From the NCBI GenBank assembly GCA_038893995.1, contig JAWAQK010000001.1, positions 32,001 through 96,000 on the forward strand: 64,000 nt of DNA, given 5' to 3'. Shown piece by piece: positions 19,917 through 29,503 of the stretch. The notes below the pieces were generated by a model. It was not told where the DNA came from and ran no database searches. It worked only from the letters and a program-made list of their open reading frames with translations. Positions within the stretch are counted from its first letter, which is position 1. Each line of letters starts with the position of its first letter. The stretch comes from Candidatus Thorarchaeota archaeon (GTDB lineage Archaea > Asgardarchaeota > Thorarchaeia > Thorarchaeales > Thorarchaeaceae). Made by a program: the position numbers and the translations under genes.

Positions 19917-19940
19917 CCCGGTGCGGACGCTCGCACCGGG
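19917..19940. terminator. GC-rich stem-loop
   Basis: CCCGGTGCG-gacgct-CGCACCGGG perfect 9-bp stem, between the tauE stop and a convergent small ORF. Confidence 0.5.
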
Positions 19941-19980
19941 TACTGAACTACTAGGTCGGTGACCCTAGTCTAGTATCCCA

Positions 19981-20106
19981 CTAGCAGGCAGACCAGCCTA
20001 GGCCGTGATGATCGTCGTACGAGATCACATCTCTTGCTCTGATGTCTCTCGGACGCCTGTGATTGACGCGGCGCTTGCGAGGGGTTGAATGATTGTGTCT
20101 ACTCAC
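19981..20106 (-). CDS. Putative 41-aa Arg/His-rich small protein
   Basis: GGAGGTGA SD 4 nt before GTG; MSRHNHSTPRKRRVNHRRPRDIRARDVISYDDHHGLGWSAC; below the ORF-track cutoff. Confidence 0.4.
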   Translation of the reverse strand: MSRHNHSTPRKRRVNHRRPRDIRARDVISYDDHHGLGWSAC

Positions 20107-20503
20107 TCTCTCACCTCCTGACTCCCTGCAAGGTCGGTCTGCCTAGATGGTAAGAAACAAGTATGCAGTCGACCACTGGCAATCAGCCCACACTCGTCGG
20201 AAAAGTACGAGAGAAGCAGATAGTCCAACACTGACGACGACCTGACTGCCGTGACTCCGTTGGTATGATCCGGGTGAACCATCTTGGAGCAGTTACACCT
20301 GCACATAAGAACAACTGGTGAATGCGAATAAATCTTTGCACGACGTCCCTGGTCCTTCGTGGCGGCAAATAGGGGCATTCTATGAGCGTAATGTGTTTCG
20401 AAGGGCGGCCTGGCCGAAACTCAGAGAAGGGCCGGACGAAGAAGTTCCGTGAGACCCGCTATGACACAATGCATAAGTGCGAACATCATGAAGGAGGTCG
20501 CTG

Positions 20504-21451
20504 ATGGTGCCTCTATCACGGATATACAGAAAGGCAATGATCACTCTACTTGAACTGGGGGTCATACTCACACCCACTGCGTTATGGTGGATCGTCATGG
20601 ATGGACTTGGACTCCCAGTCATGTCGGTCTTCCTGGAACTTGCGCTTCCTATAGCCGGACTCGGACTTGTGTTCCTCATGCTCGGAGGCATCGAGGTCGT
20701 GATGAACATCCATCAACACAGTGTCGCTGTCCGGGGCATCAAGTCCGTCCTCAGCTCCGCCAATATCTCCGGCCAGTTTACCCCGGCAATGCAACCGGCA
20801 TATCTCCTTGCGGACTCAATGGACAGAGAGGTGCTCGCAGCCATCAGGGAGATTGGCTCAGACATCCTCGACATAGAGGATCATCTGGCAAGTAGCGCAG
20901 TGCTCCCTGCCGGACAGGACACCTACCGTGTCCTCGCCAAGCTGCGAATGTTGGGGCTGATCATGATATCAGAGAAATGGGGGAAGGTGTTTCTGACTTC
21001 GGCAGGGATTGATGCACTGAATACGCCTGCAATCATGTACACGACGCGGATCCCCGATCAAGTCTGGAACTATGTGTTTAGCGAGAAGGTCCATCTGTGG
21101 AATCAAGAGTGGGGCGAAGTCGTGATCTCTGCTACGAGAGCACTTGAGGCTGCAATGAAGGAGAGGGTCAGGGTCAGTGTGAGCGCACGGCCTGAGCTGG
21201 AACAGGAGATAATGGAGATGGCTGCCGGCAAGCCGGTTGAGACCTGGAGCGCAGGCAATCTGCTTGGAGCCCTGCGTAAGATAGGCGTGGTGAGATCCAG
21301 TAGCCTTGAGGACGTGTTGGCTGGCGAGATCATAAAGACGAGGAATCTGGTTCACGACAAGGGAAGAGAGTACACGTTCGGACCGGGAGATGCGGACCGC
21401 TGCGACACATGCCTGAGTATCCTGCTGAGGTCATGGTATGGTCCCCGGTGA
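20504..21451 (+). CDS. Membrane-anchored protein: 2 TM + winged helix + HEPN/DUF4145-like domain
   Basis: GGAGG SD; two N-terminal TMs; LAKLRMLGLI...VFLTSAG wing; RALEAAMK...TRNLVH. Confidence 0.6.
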   Translation: MVPLSRIYRKAMITLLELGVILTPTALWWIVMDGLGLPVMSVFLELALPIAGLGLVFLMLGGIEVVMNIHQHSVAVRGIKSVLSSANISGQFTPAMQPAYLLADSMDREVLAAIREIGSDILDIEDHLASSAVLPAGQDTYRVLAKLRMLGLIMISEKWGKVFLTSAGIDALNTPAIMYTTRIPDQVWNYVFSEKVHLWNQEWGEVVISATRALEAAMKERVRVSVSARPELEQEIMEMAAGKPVETWSAGNLLGALRKIGVVRSSSLEDVLAGEIIKTRNLVHDKGREYTFGPGDADRCDTCLSILLRSWYGPR

Positions 21452-21476
21452 TTAGTCCACCTGCCAGGACTTCCAC

Positions 21477-22331
21477 CTATGACTGCTCGTCCTCAACTAC
21501 CGAAGCTATTCGAAGGGACCTTACAATCTCCTTGCACCGGGTTCTCAGTGTCACCTCGGTCACTCCGGCACTGAGCGCAATGGTCGCCTGGGGAATCCAG
21601 CAGTTGAGGTGTCTTCCTGCCAAGTAGATGGCCGCAGCCGCCATACCCCACGGATCCCTTCCAGCGACAAGTCCTCGCTTCTTTGACTCCTCGACTATGT
21701 CACACGCGTGCTTCACAACTTCGGTTCTAAGGTGCAGCTCTGCAGCCACACTCCTCACAGCCGCAGTCGGGTCAGGAGGAGGCGGTCTCAGGTGTAGCGA
21801 GCGGGCAACGATCCTGAATACCCTTTTGAGACGCTCTTCTGACACTCCAGCCATGCTTGCAACTCTGCCTAATTGTACAGGCTCTCCGGACATCCTACAG
21901 GCCGCATACACGGCAGCAGATACCAGTACGTCTCTGGATCGACCTCGAAGACAAACATGGCCAAACGCATCTCTCAGTATTCCCGATGCGATGACCCTGG
22001 TCTCATCGGGGATACCAAGCTTGAATGCGAGCGAGTGAAGACTGAACAGTGAATCACTCAGAAGACGTCTGCCCCTACGCTGGGATCTCACAGACAGTCT
22101 CCTCGTGATGTCAGTCCTGGGGCTTGTCACGCGACCAGGTCCGGAGTGTGTTGCAAGTGCAGTGTCTGCATTCGTCGACGTACCTGACGTCGTAGCACGA
22201 AGGGCATCCCGACCGGAGCCAGAAACGGACTTGACACTCGGGTCGTGACGATCTGAGGGAGAGTAATAGTCGTCAAGACGCGACTGCCAGTTGTGGTCTA
22301 GGTGGTCAGACTCACCGTCTCGCACTCTCAC
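21477..22331 (-). CDS. TFB/TFIIB-family protein lacking the Zn ribbon
   Basis: Two cyclin repeats (RGRSRDVLVSAAVYAACR; AGRDPWGMAAAAIYLA) and GVTEVTLRTRCKEI HTH; no N-terminal CxxC. Confidence 0.85.
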   Translation of the reverse strand: MRVRDGESDHLDHNWQSRLDDYYSPSDRHDPSVKSVSGSGRDALRATTSGTSTNADTALATHSGPGRVTSPRTDITRRLSVRSQRRGRRLLSDSLFSLHSLAFKLGIPDETRVIASGILRDAFGHVCLRGRSRDVLVSAAVYAACRMSGEPVQLGRVASMAGVSEERLKRVFRIVARSLHLRPPPPDPTAAVRSVAAELHLRTEVVKHACDIVEESKKRGLVAGRDPWGMAAAAIYLAGRHLNCWIPQATIALSAGVTEVTLRTRCKEIVRSLRIASVVEDEQS

Positions 22332-22600
22332 CCATAGCCCCTTTGCTAGTCAGTCCTACCGTGGCATCGACGTCTGATATAGGTAAGGCTCACCATGAAT
22401 AGTGTTTGTCGTTTTTATGAGTTGTTGCGATATCCACAAGAGATCCTACCCGGATAAGACTGTCCAGACGGATACTTCGGTCGACTTCGTCTCGCGCACC
22501 GTTTCTAATGCTCACTGGAGAGCTGCGGCAAATCATCCTTAGCTGCACAGGACAGCGTGGTATGAACAGCAGTCGGAGCCGGATTCGGACGCCATTGCCC

Positions 22601-24745
22601 TCATCCCAGCGAGTATCTGTATCTGTCAATGAACTCTCGTTTCTTGGAGGATCCCCACGAACTCAGTGATTGGCTGTAGCCAGTGATGCGCGATATGACC
22701 TCGACGCCCACATAACCACATCTCGGGCAGGGTATCCTACTGAGTTCATCAACCGAGTTGAACTTCGTGACTCGCCAATCGATACCGCCCTGGTAGGAGC
22801 ACTTTGGACAGACTAGAATGTCTTTGGTGAAAGCCCAATATGCTGCCAGAGTTTCCCGAGCGATCTTGAGGTTGAGCCTCCACAGAGCATCAGGATCAGG
22901 ATCTGCCTCACCCAGGAACACGTGTGTCAGTGCGCCTCCATCCATATAGGGATGGAACATGGCCTCTTTCTTGACGCGTTCAGTCAGAGGCAGACCCGCA
23001 CCGACGTAGAGGCAAGTGCTATTCGTGTAGTAGACATCGGGGGCCTCTCCCTTCAGGTATTTCCTGATTCCTGGGTATAGCCTGTAGTCCTTCATCGCTA
23101 GTCGTCCGGCCGCGGTCTCAGCCGGCGTTCGGGTCACACCGAAATGCAGACCAGTTTCCTCCTTGAACTCGTCAGCCCTGGCCTTCAGGTGTTTCAGCAC
23201 CTTTATTCCAAAGCGTGTGCCTTCCCTCTCGTGAAGAGGATATCCAGTCACTATCTCAGCCATCTCGTTAAAGCCCACCGTACCAAGCAGATACTCTCTC
23301 CTCGTGACATCAATGAGTGGCTTTCCGTTGGGCTTGGGCTGTGTGTAGAATGGCACACTGCCGCTCTCAATCAGCTTCTGCATCAGTCGCTTCTTCTCAA
23401 GAATGACGCCCTTGCAGAGCTCAATGTACTCGTCAAGCTTGGCAAAGAATCTGGCCTCGTCAGCCCGGCCGAGCCACGCCGCACGACCGAAGTTTGGAGT
23501 GACCATCTGCGATGCTCCGAATACCATATTTCCTGTGAGGAACTCTTCCATCTCTTCCTCGCTACTTGCGGTCCAAAGATGGGAACAACAGCTACTACAA
23601 CCGGCCTCAATGCTCGATCTCCAGTTGAGGTAGTTCTCAAAATAGGGTGAACCAAACTTGGCAGCCAACTCTGATACAAGTCGCCAAGAACCTTCGTGTT
23701 CAGGAGTCATGAACTCCTCGCGCAGGACTATGTTCGGCTTGGGGAAATTGAAGCCCTTGCCTCTGGCATCTCCTGCAATCATGACCTCCATGAATGCATC
23801 GAAGAACTCACGTGCCTCCAGGTCAAAATCGCCATAGGTGAGATCAGTGACCTTGCCTCCCGGCAGGACAGCAGGTACATCGCGCATTATCTTTGGGATT
23901 CCCGGGGTCAGATCGATTGATGAGAAGATCACCTGGCCACCACGGGCAACATATTGCTGGGTGAGTGTGAATATCAGTTGCTGAGCGGCCTGTTTGATCT
24001 CCCTAAAGGTGTGGCCTCTCATGAAGGGCGCAAGGAAAGTGTTGTAGAAGAAGAATCCCTGTCCCCCTGCGAATGAGCTCTGGGCAGCAGCTAGCCATAT
24101 GGCAGAGTGATTGACGGCGACGTTCAGATGCTGAGCCGGCCCAGCAGCACTCGAATGCATGCCTCCCAGTCCATCAGGTGCGATTCCCAGAAGGAGTACC
24201 TGGCGCAGGTCCCATGTCGCACAGTAATCACGTGTGGAGAAATACTCTCTGTCCTTGATGTAGATGTCACCCCTCAGGTGTGCATCGGCCAGCTTGGGGG
24301 GAATAGTCAGATAGCAGTGTTGCTCCATGACCTGGTCGTGGACAAGTTTTGCAATCGTCTCGGGGTTGCGCATGAGATTGGCATTCGACGTGAATAGCCC
24401 AGGACTGCTTATGAGTTGGTTCAGGTCATAGATGGGTATACCGACCCGTGTATACCTGATACGCTCTGCCTCCAGCCCCATTTCCGCCAAGACACTGTTG
24501 CACATCTCACGTATCAGGGGACCAGAGAGAAACTTGATTCCGGAGGCGGCAATCCGATCCATCACCTTCAGTGCAACTGTTCGTGCAATGGTTTCACTCA
24601 TGCCGGTCTCGCGCACTAGGCTGCCCACTATACGGCTGGAGTCGAATGGTTCCATTGTGCTGCTTGTAGTACGCACCTGGGGGAGCTTCTTCTCCCTGGA
24701 CTTGACGCTCTCCAAGTCAGCACCGGTTTCTGTGATCTCGGTCAT
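22601..24745 (-). CDS. nrdD: Class III anaerobic ribonucleoside-triphosphate reductase with ATP cone
   Basis: ATP cone, AHLRGDIYIKD, FNFPKP, TPAET, YYTNS, CPKC/CPRC Zn site, glycyl loop SRITGY. Confidence 0.95.
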   Translation of the reverse strand: MTEITETGADLESVKSREKKLPQVRTTSSTMEPFDSSRIVGSLVRETGMSETIARTVALKVMDRIAASGIKFLSGPLIREMCNSVLAEMGLEAERIRYTRVGIPIYDLNQLISSPGLFTSNANLMRNPETIAKLVHDQVMEQHCYLTIPPKLADAHLRGDIYIKDREYFSTRDYCATWDLRQVLLLGIAPDGLGGMHSSAAGPAQHLNVAVNHSAIWLAAAQSSFAGGQGFFFYNTFLAPFMRGHTFREIKQAAQQLIFTLTQQYVARGGQVIFSSIDLTPGIPKIMRDVPAVLPGGKVTDLTYGDFDLEAREFFDAFMEVMIAGDARGKGFNFPKPNIVLREEFMTPEHEGSWRLVSELAAKFGSPYFENYLNWRSSIEAGCSSCCSHLWTASSEEEMEEFLTGNMVFGASQMVTPNFGRAAWLGRADEARFFAKLDEYIELCKGVILEKKRLMQKLIESGSVPFYTQPKPNGKPLIDVTRREYLLGTVGFNEMAEIVTGYPLHEREGTRFGIKVLKHLKARADEFKEETGLHFGVTRTPAETAAGRLAMKDYRLYPGIRKYLKGEAPDVYYTNSTCLYVGAGLPLTERVKKEAMFHPYMDGGALTHVFLGEADPDPDALWRLNLKIARETLAAYWAFTKDILVCPKCSYQGGIDWRVTKFNSVDELSRIPCPRCGYVGVEVISRITGYSQSLSSWGSSKKREFIDRYRYSLG

Positions 24746-25047
24746 TTTCCGTTCACCCCGACAGCCTCTCGGACTTGTTCGACTGTTGGAACCCTACCGC
24801 TCCACAAGACTGTCAGTCCCTTGCCATTCTCAACAAGAATGGTGGGCGTTGATGCAATAAAGACTTGTGCCTCTAACAGTCTGTACTCGAAGTCAGGGTC
24901 CATCTCATCAAGATCAACTTCCTTAACAGACACACACGTTCCCTCGAGGGCCTCAGACAGTACCAGCTTTGCAGCTGGACAATTGACGCACCCCTTCTGT
25001 GTGATCAGATAGACCGTAGTCAAGTCAGCTTGTCCTCCCGACGACAT
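24742..25047 (-). CDS. Thioredoxin/NrdH-like redoxin
   Basis: GCVNCP, STPTI cis-Pro; stop overlaps the nrdD start (ATGA). Confidence 0.8.
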   Translation of the reverse strand: MSSGGQADLTTVYLITQKGCVNCPAAKLVLSEALEGTCVSVKEVDLDEMDPDFEYRLLEAQVFIASTPTILVENGKGLTVLWSGRVPTVEQVREAVGVNGK

Positions 25048-25469
25048 CTGCAAGCACCCGGCGCCTGTATTGATCACAGGTACTGGAGATGACACCTACG
25101 GTTGAATAAAAGTCTTGGCACACCGGAATCTTCCAGCATGGAGCGCTCTGTAGGCTCTTGGAGCCCTTGCTCGAACGGGTGTGATACATTGTCAGAGTCA
25201 TGTGCCCGGTGACCCTTAAGAGCTCCTACGAGGAACACTTCCAGAATCAGGTCGGGCGAATTGCAGTCGCACCGGATGACTCGTGACGCGAGAGGGGGAC
25301 AGGACTCGCTGCACTGCTCACCCCTCCTTGCAGGATTGCGCCACAGACACCTGGACGGAATTGCTAAGACGACCGTGTTCTGACCATGTCACGAAGGCAA
25401 GGAGAATCTCCAGAGAGGACAACAAATCATAATAGGTTCATGCAGAACGACGCCAACAGGTACGAGGCA

Positions 25470-26093
25470 ATGCCCATCTATCTGAGAGCAAGGACGCCCG
25501 CGGCTGGATGGCGAATGGTTGTAAGAAGAATCATGGAATCGGGAAACACTAGACTTGACGAGCGAGGACTGGAGACCCTTTGGCTCGACAACGTGATGAT
25601 CCACGTCCAGGATCCCTACACCGACAGACTGGCATCCGAGTACCCATTCAGCGAGGATGTGATCAAGAACAAGTACGCAACTCAATTACTCACGCCTGAC
25701 AGGTTGGACTTCGAGTATACGTACGGTGAACGACTCAATGCTTGGGGTGACGAGAGGATCAACCAGGTACAGTATGTAATAAGGAAACTTCGAGAGAACA
25801 AGAATACCCGTCGCGCCGTGGCGACCACCTGGGACCCGAGGAGGGACCACAAGACTGACGAGGTCCCCTGCCTGAACCATTTCGTGTTCATGACCAGAGA
25901 GGAGGAACTGGATGTCTCGGTAATGATCAGGTCCAACGACATGTTTGGTGCATGGCCGGCGAACGTCTATGGAGTGTCGGAGCTACTCAGAAAGATCTCA
26001 GCAGACACTGGACTCCGACCGGGAAGAGTCACGACCCTGTCAGTCAATGCTCACATATACAGACACGACTGGGAGAGAGCATCTACAATCTGA
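25470..26093 (+). CDS. thyA: Thymidylate synthase (archaeal type)
   Basis: YTYGERL, TRRAVA, VPCL, RSNDMFGAWPAN, NAHIY. Confidence 0.92.
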   Translation: MPIYLRARTPAAGWRMVVRRIMESGNTRLDERGLETLWLDNVMIHVQDPYTDRLASEYPFSEDVIKNKYATQLLTPDRLDFEYTYGERLNAWGDERINQVQYVIRKLRENKNTRRAVATTWDPRRDHKTDEVPCLNHFVFMTREEELDVSVMIRSNDMFGAWPANVYGVSELLRKISADTGLRPGRVTTLSVNAHIYRHDWERASTI

Positions 26094-26151
26094 TTGGCAG
26101 AGCGGTTGTCTTCAATACAGGATGGGCCAGATAGTGACGGAGCGTGCTGCA

Positions 26152-26784
26152 ATGAGACATTCGAGTCGAGGACTATCCGATCTGGATGACACTGATCGAA
26201 GCATAGTTGCAATACTTCGGTCCAATGGACGTACTAGTCTGTCTCAGATAGGTAGGCGGCTTGGCCTGTCGCACGTTGCAATCAAGAACAGGATCGACAG
26301 GCTGGTCAGGAGGGGACTCCTTCGAGTATCAGCCAACCTAGGTCTGACGAAATTGGGAATGCGTGTGATGTTTATCCTATTGACTCTTGACGACCCCAAG
26401 TGTGCGGACCACCTGGCAGCAAAGTACTCTGGGTGTCCTCGTGCACTGATAGTAACTCAGCTGACAGGGAAGTATCATCTCGCAATGACTATTGTTGCAG
26501 AGGACGACAAGTGCCTCGAGTCAATCAGCATGAATCACTCCGTACTGAGAGAGCCGTGTGTGAGCAATGCCGAGCTCCATAGGGGAACAGTGGTTGCGGA
26601 GTCCCGGCATCTCCCCACGGATGTCATACAGGAAACCAACAGCAACTGCAGTACAGCATGCGAGAGATCATGTGCTGAGTGCAGCCACTATCGCTCAAGG
26701 GACTGCCCCGCGTGTCCCGGCACTGTGTGGTACAGATGCAGTGGTGCCGGTCCCTGTGTCAATGGCAGCATGAGGAAGAGTTAA
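26152..26784 (+). CDS. Lrp/AsnC transcriptional regulator with Cys-rich C-terminal tail
   Basis: LDDTDRSIVAILRSNGRTSLSQIGRRLGLS HTH; tail CSTACERSCAEC..DCPACP. Confidence 0.85.
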   Translation: MRHSSRGLSDLDDTDRSIVAILRSNGRTSLSQIGRRLGLSHVAIKNRIDRLVRRGLLRVSANLGLTKLGMRVMFILLTLDDPKCADHLAAKYSGCPRALIVTQLTGKYHLAMTIVAEDDKCLESISMNHSVLREPCVSNAELHRGTVVAESRHLPTDVIQETNSNCSTACERSCAECSHYRSRDCPACPGTVWYRCSGAGPCVNGSMRKS

Positions 26785-26818
26785 CTCGCCATCGTGAAGG
26801 GTTCAGCACGGTGTCTGC

Positions 26819-27409
26819 ATGACAGGCAAGTTCATACATCCTCTTGCGGTCGTCGAGGAAGGAGCTACAATAGGCGATGGGACCCGGATCTGGCACTTTG
26901 CCCATGTCAGGTCTGGAGCCCGGATTGGTGAGAACTGCAACATTGGAAAGGACGTATACATTGACGCGGGTGTGACGATAGGAAACCGTGTCAAGATACA
27001 GAACGGGGTATCAGTATACCACGGTGTGAGCATCGAGGATGATGTGTTCTGTGGGCCACACATGACCTTTACAAATGACATGTACCCCCGTGCGTTCTCG
27101 TCCAGCTGGGAAGTCGTGAAGACCCTCGTTAAGAGGGGTGCATCAATAGGGGCACATGCAACAATCGTATGCGATACAGTCCTTGGGGAGTATTGCATGG
27201 TCGGCAGCGGCGCGGTCGTGACCAGAGATGTTCCTCCCCACGCACTGGTGGTGGGCAATCCAGCCCGCATAATAGGATTTGTCTGCTTCTGCGGACAACC
27301 TCTGAGAGAGGAGGTACATCGGACTGGCGAGGAAGTAGTATTTAGATGCGGGAAGTGTCGCGAGCAGGTCACGATACCAGTGTCCGTCTACAATCAGAGA
27401 GTTGAGTAG
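26819..27409 (+). CDS. Hexapeptide-repeat N-acetyltransferase (WbpD/WlbB-like) with C-terminal Zn ribbon
   Basis: IWHFAHV, KIQNGVSVY, FTNDMYPR, VVGNPAR, CFCG...CGKC. Confidence 0.9.
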   Translation: MTGKFIHPLAVVEEGATIGDGTRIWHFAHVRSGARIGENCNIGKDVYIDAGVTIGNRVKIQNGVSVYHGVSIEDDVFCGPHMTFTNDMYPRAFSSSWEVVKTLVKRGASIGAHATIVCDTVLGEYCMVGSGAVVTRDVPPHALVVGNPARIIGFVCFCGQPLREEVHRTGEEVVFRCGKCREQVTIPVSVYNQRVE

Positions 27410-27414
27410 AGTCC

Positions 27415-29499
27415 TTGGCTCATCTGTACAAGAGATTCGTTGGAGAGAAGGTCGTAGGTCTCCTTGAGAACATCAAGAACATCAGGAACTGTACAGTGAT
27501 TGCCCACATCGATCATGGAAAGACGACCCTGACAGACTCCCTCATTGCAGCGTCGGGCCTCCTATCGGACGACCTGGCTGCGTCTGTGAAGCTCCTAGAC
27601 TACGATGCCATTGAGCAACAGAGAGGCATTACTATCAAGGCATCCAGCATATCGCTGGTCCATAGGAGGAACGGACAGGACTTCCTAATACACCTGATCG
27701 ACACACCGGGCCACATAGACTTCTCATTCCACGTCACCAAGGGACTCAGGATGGCAGACGGAGCCATCGTCGTGGTTGACATAGTCGAGGGTATAATGGT
27801 ACAGACTGAGACTGTGACACGTCAGGCGGCCACTGAACTCGTCAGACCAGTGTTGTTTGTCAACAAGATAGACAGACTGATATCTGAGAAGCAATACGGA
27901 GCCCAGAGGATCGCGTCAGAGGCGGGTCGAATCGTAACAGAGTTCAACGCAATGCTAGGCAAGTATCTACCCGATGAGATCCTCAGTGAATGGGAGGTGT
28001 CATTTCGACGAGGGTCCCTGGTCATCGGTTCGGCTCTGGACAAATGGGGAATTGACATCGTTGCACTCATGCATCGGGCCGGAAACGATCGGCAGCCCAG
28101 GAAACTCGAGAGAGCACTCATGGAGATCCTTGAGGATATCGTGTCCCTATACAGAGAGGGTCAGGAGCAGGTCCTCTCGAGAAGATATCCACTGGCCAGG
28201 TGCGTCCTAGACGCAGTCGCTGATAGCGTGCCCAGTCCGGATGTTGCCCAGTCATATAGAGTCAGACACTTCTGGCGTGGCGATACTGAGTCTGACGTTG
28301 GTAGGGCCCTGCTGAGATGCGAGAGAGATACGGGCTGCATAGTGTCCGTGGGCGATGTTCAGTCAGACAGACATGCTGGGACTGTCGCAGCCGTACGCGT
28401 GATGACTGGCAGGCTCACAAGAGGTCATGAACTACGGAATCTGAGGACGGGGAAGGTGTCAAGAACCCTGCAGGTAGGGCTATTCATGTCCAAGACCAGG
28501 GTTCCTGTCGATACAGTCCCTGCGGGAAATCTCGCATTCATCACTGGCATTTCCGAAGTGGCAATTGGCGACACGCTCGTGGAGGGGGACATGCCCAAGA
28601 TCCAGCCGCTTGATGAACCTCAGTATCCAACTGAACCCGTCGTCACCTACAGTGTGGAGCCCAGGAACCTCGCGGACCTGAAGAACATACAGGAACCAAT
28701 CATGAGGATGGTCCAGTCGGACCCTTCACTCGAGTTCTATGTGAGTCCGGACTCTGGCGAAAACCTGCTCTCGGGAGCTGGCGAACTTCACATCGAGATA
28801 GTGGTGGAGAAGTTGGCCAGAGAGGGAGTGGAGATAGTCGTTGGGAAGCCGATGGTAGTACTCAAGGAGCAGATGGCCCACGATGGGGAGACCCAAGAAG
28901 CGGGAGGAGGAGATGTCAGCTGGTTCAGGGTCCGTGCCCTGCTCACACCAGAAGGACTTGAGTCACCGCCTCCCGGTACCGTATTCTCAGATGCAAGACA
29001 GGGATGCTACCTAGTGGACCAGACAGGCACCATCAACGCACAAAGTCCGGCGTTCGAGTGGGTGGTCGACGGATTCAAGACCCTGATACGTAATGGGCCT
29101 GTGTCCGGGGAGAGGATGAGACGGTTGACAATCAGGATCGAGGATGCCACGATAGTTGCAAGCACACCTGAAACATCGTGGAGGGATGTCACACAGCCAC
29201 TGATTGATGCGTCTAGGGCCAGCATCCTGAGTGGTAAGCCCATGCTGATGGAGCCATGGACAAGGCTTGAGATCAACACCCCTGGCCAATACGTCGGTGA
29301 CGTGAGTGCAATAGTAGCCCGTAGGGGAGGCAGGATAATCGATCTGACTTCGACCAGGTTCATGTTCAAGATAGAGGCCGAGATACCAGTGAGACAGTCA
29401 TTCGGATTCTCGACGGAGCTGAGGACTGCGACATCAGGATGGGCGACCTGGGGCGCGCGCTCGGGCGGATATCGACCAGTCAGCAATGATAGATCATGA
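27415..29499 (+). CDS. Elongation factor 2 paralogue lacking the diphthamide His (aEF-2p-like)
   Basis: AHIDHGKTT, RGITI, DTPGHIDF, NKID, GAGELHIE, GFSTELRTATSG; domain IV loop ASTPETSWRD replaces HxDxxHRG. Confidence 0.9.
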   Translation: MAHLYKRFVGEKVVGLLENIKNIRNCTVIAHIDHGKTTLTDSLIAASGLLSDDLAASVKLLDYDAIEQQRGITIKASSISLVHRRNGQDFLIHLIDTPGHIDFSFHVTKGLRMADGAIVVVDIVEGIMVQTETVTRQAATELVRPVLFVNKIDRLISEKQYGAQRIASEAGRIVTEFNAMLGKYLPDEILSEWEVSFRRGSLVIGSALDKWGIDIVALMHRAGNDRQPRKLERALMEILEDIVSLYREGQEQVLSRRYPLARCVLDAVADSVPSPDVAQSYRVRHFWRGDTESDVGRALLRCERDTGCIVSVGDVQSDRHAGTVAAVRVMTGRLTRGHELRNLRTGKVSRTLQVGLFMSKTRVPVDTVPAGNLAFITGISEVAIGDTLVEGDMPKIQPLDEPQYPTEPVVTYSVEPRNLADLKNIQEPIMRMVQSDPSLEFYVSPDSGENLLSGAGELHIEIVVEKLAREGVEIVVGKPMVVLKEQMAHDGETQEAGGGDVSWFRVRALLTPEGLESPPPGTVFSDARQGCYLVDQTGTINAQSPAFEWVVDGFKTLIRNGPVSGERMRRLTIRIEDATIVASTPETSWRDVTQPLIDASRASILSGKPMLMEPWTRLEINTPGQYVGDVSAIVARRGGRIIDLTSTRFMFKIEAEIPVRQSFGFSTELRTATSGWATWGARSGGYRPVSNDRS

Positions 29500-29503
29500 G
29501 AGC

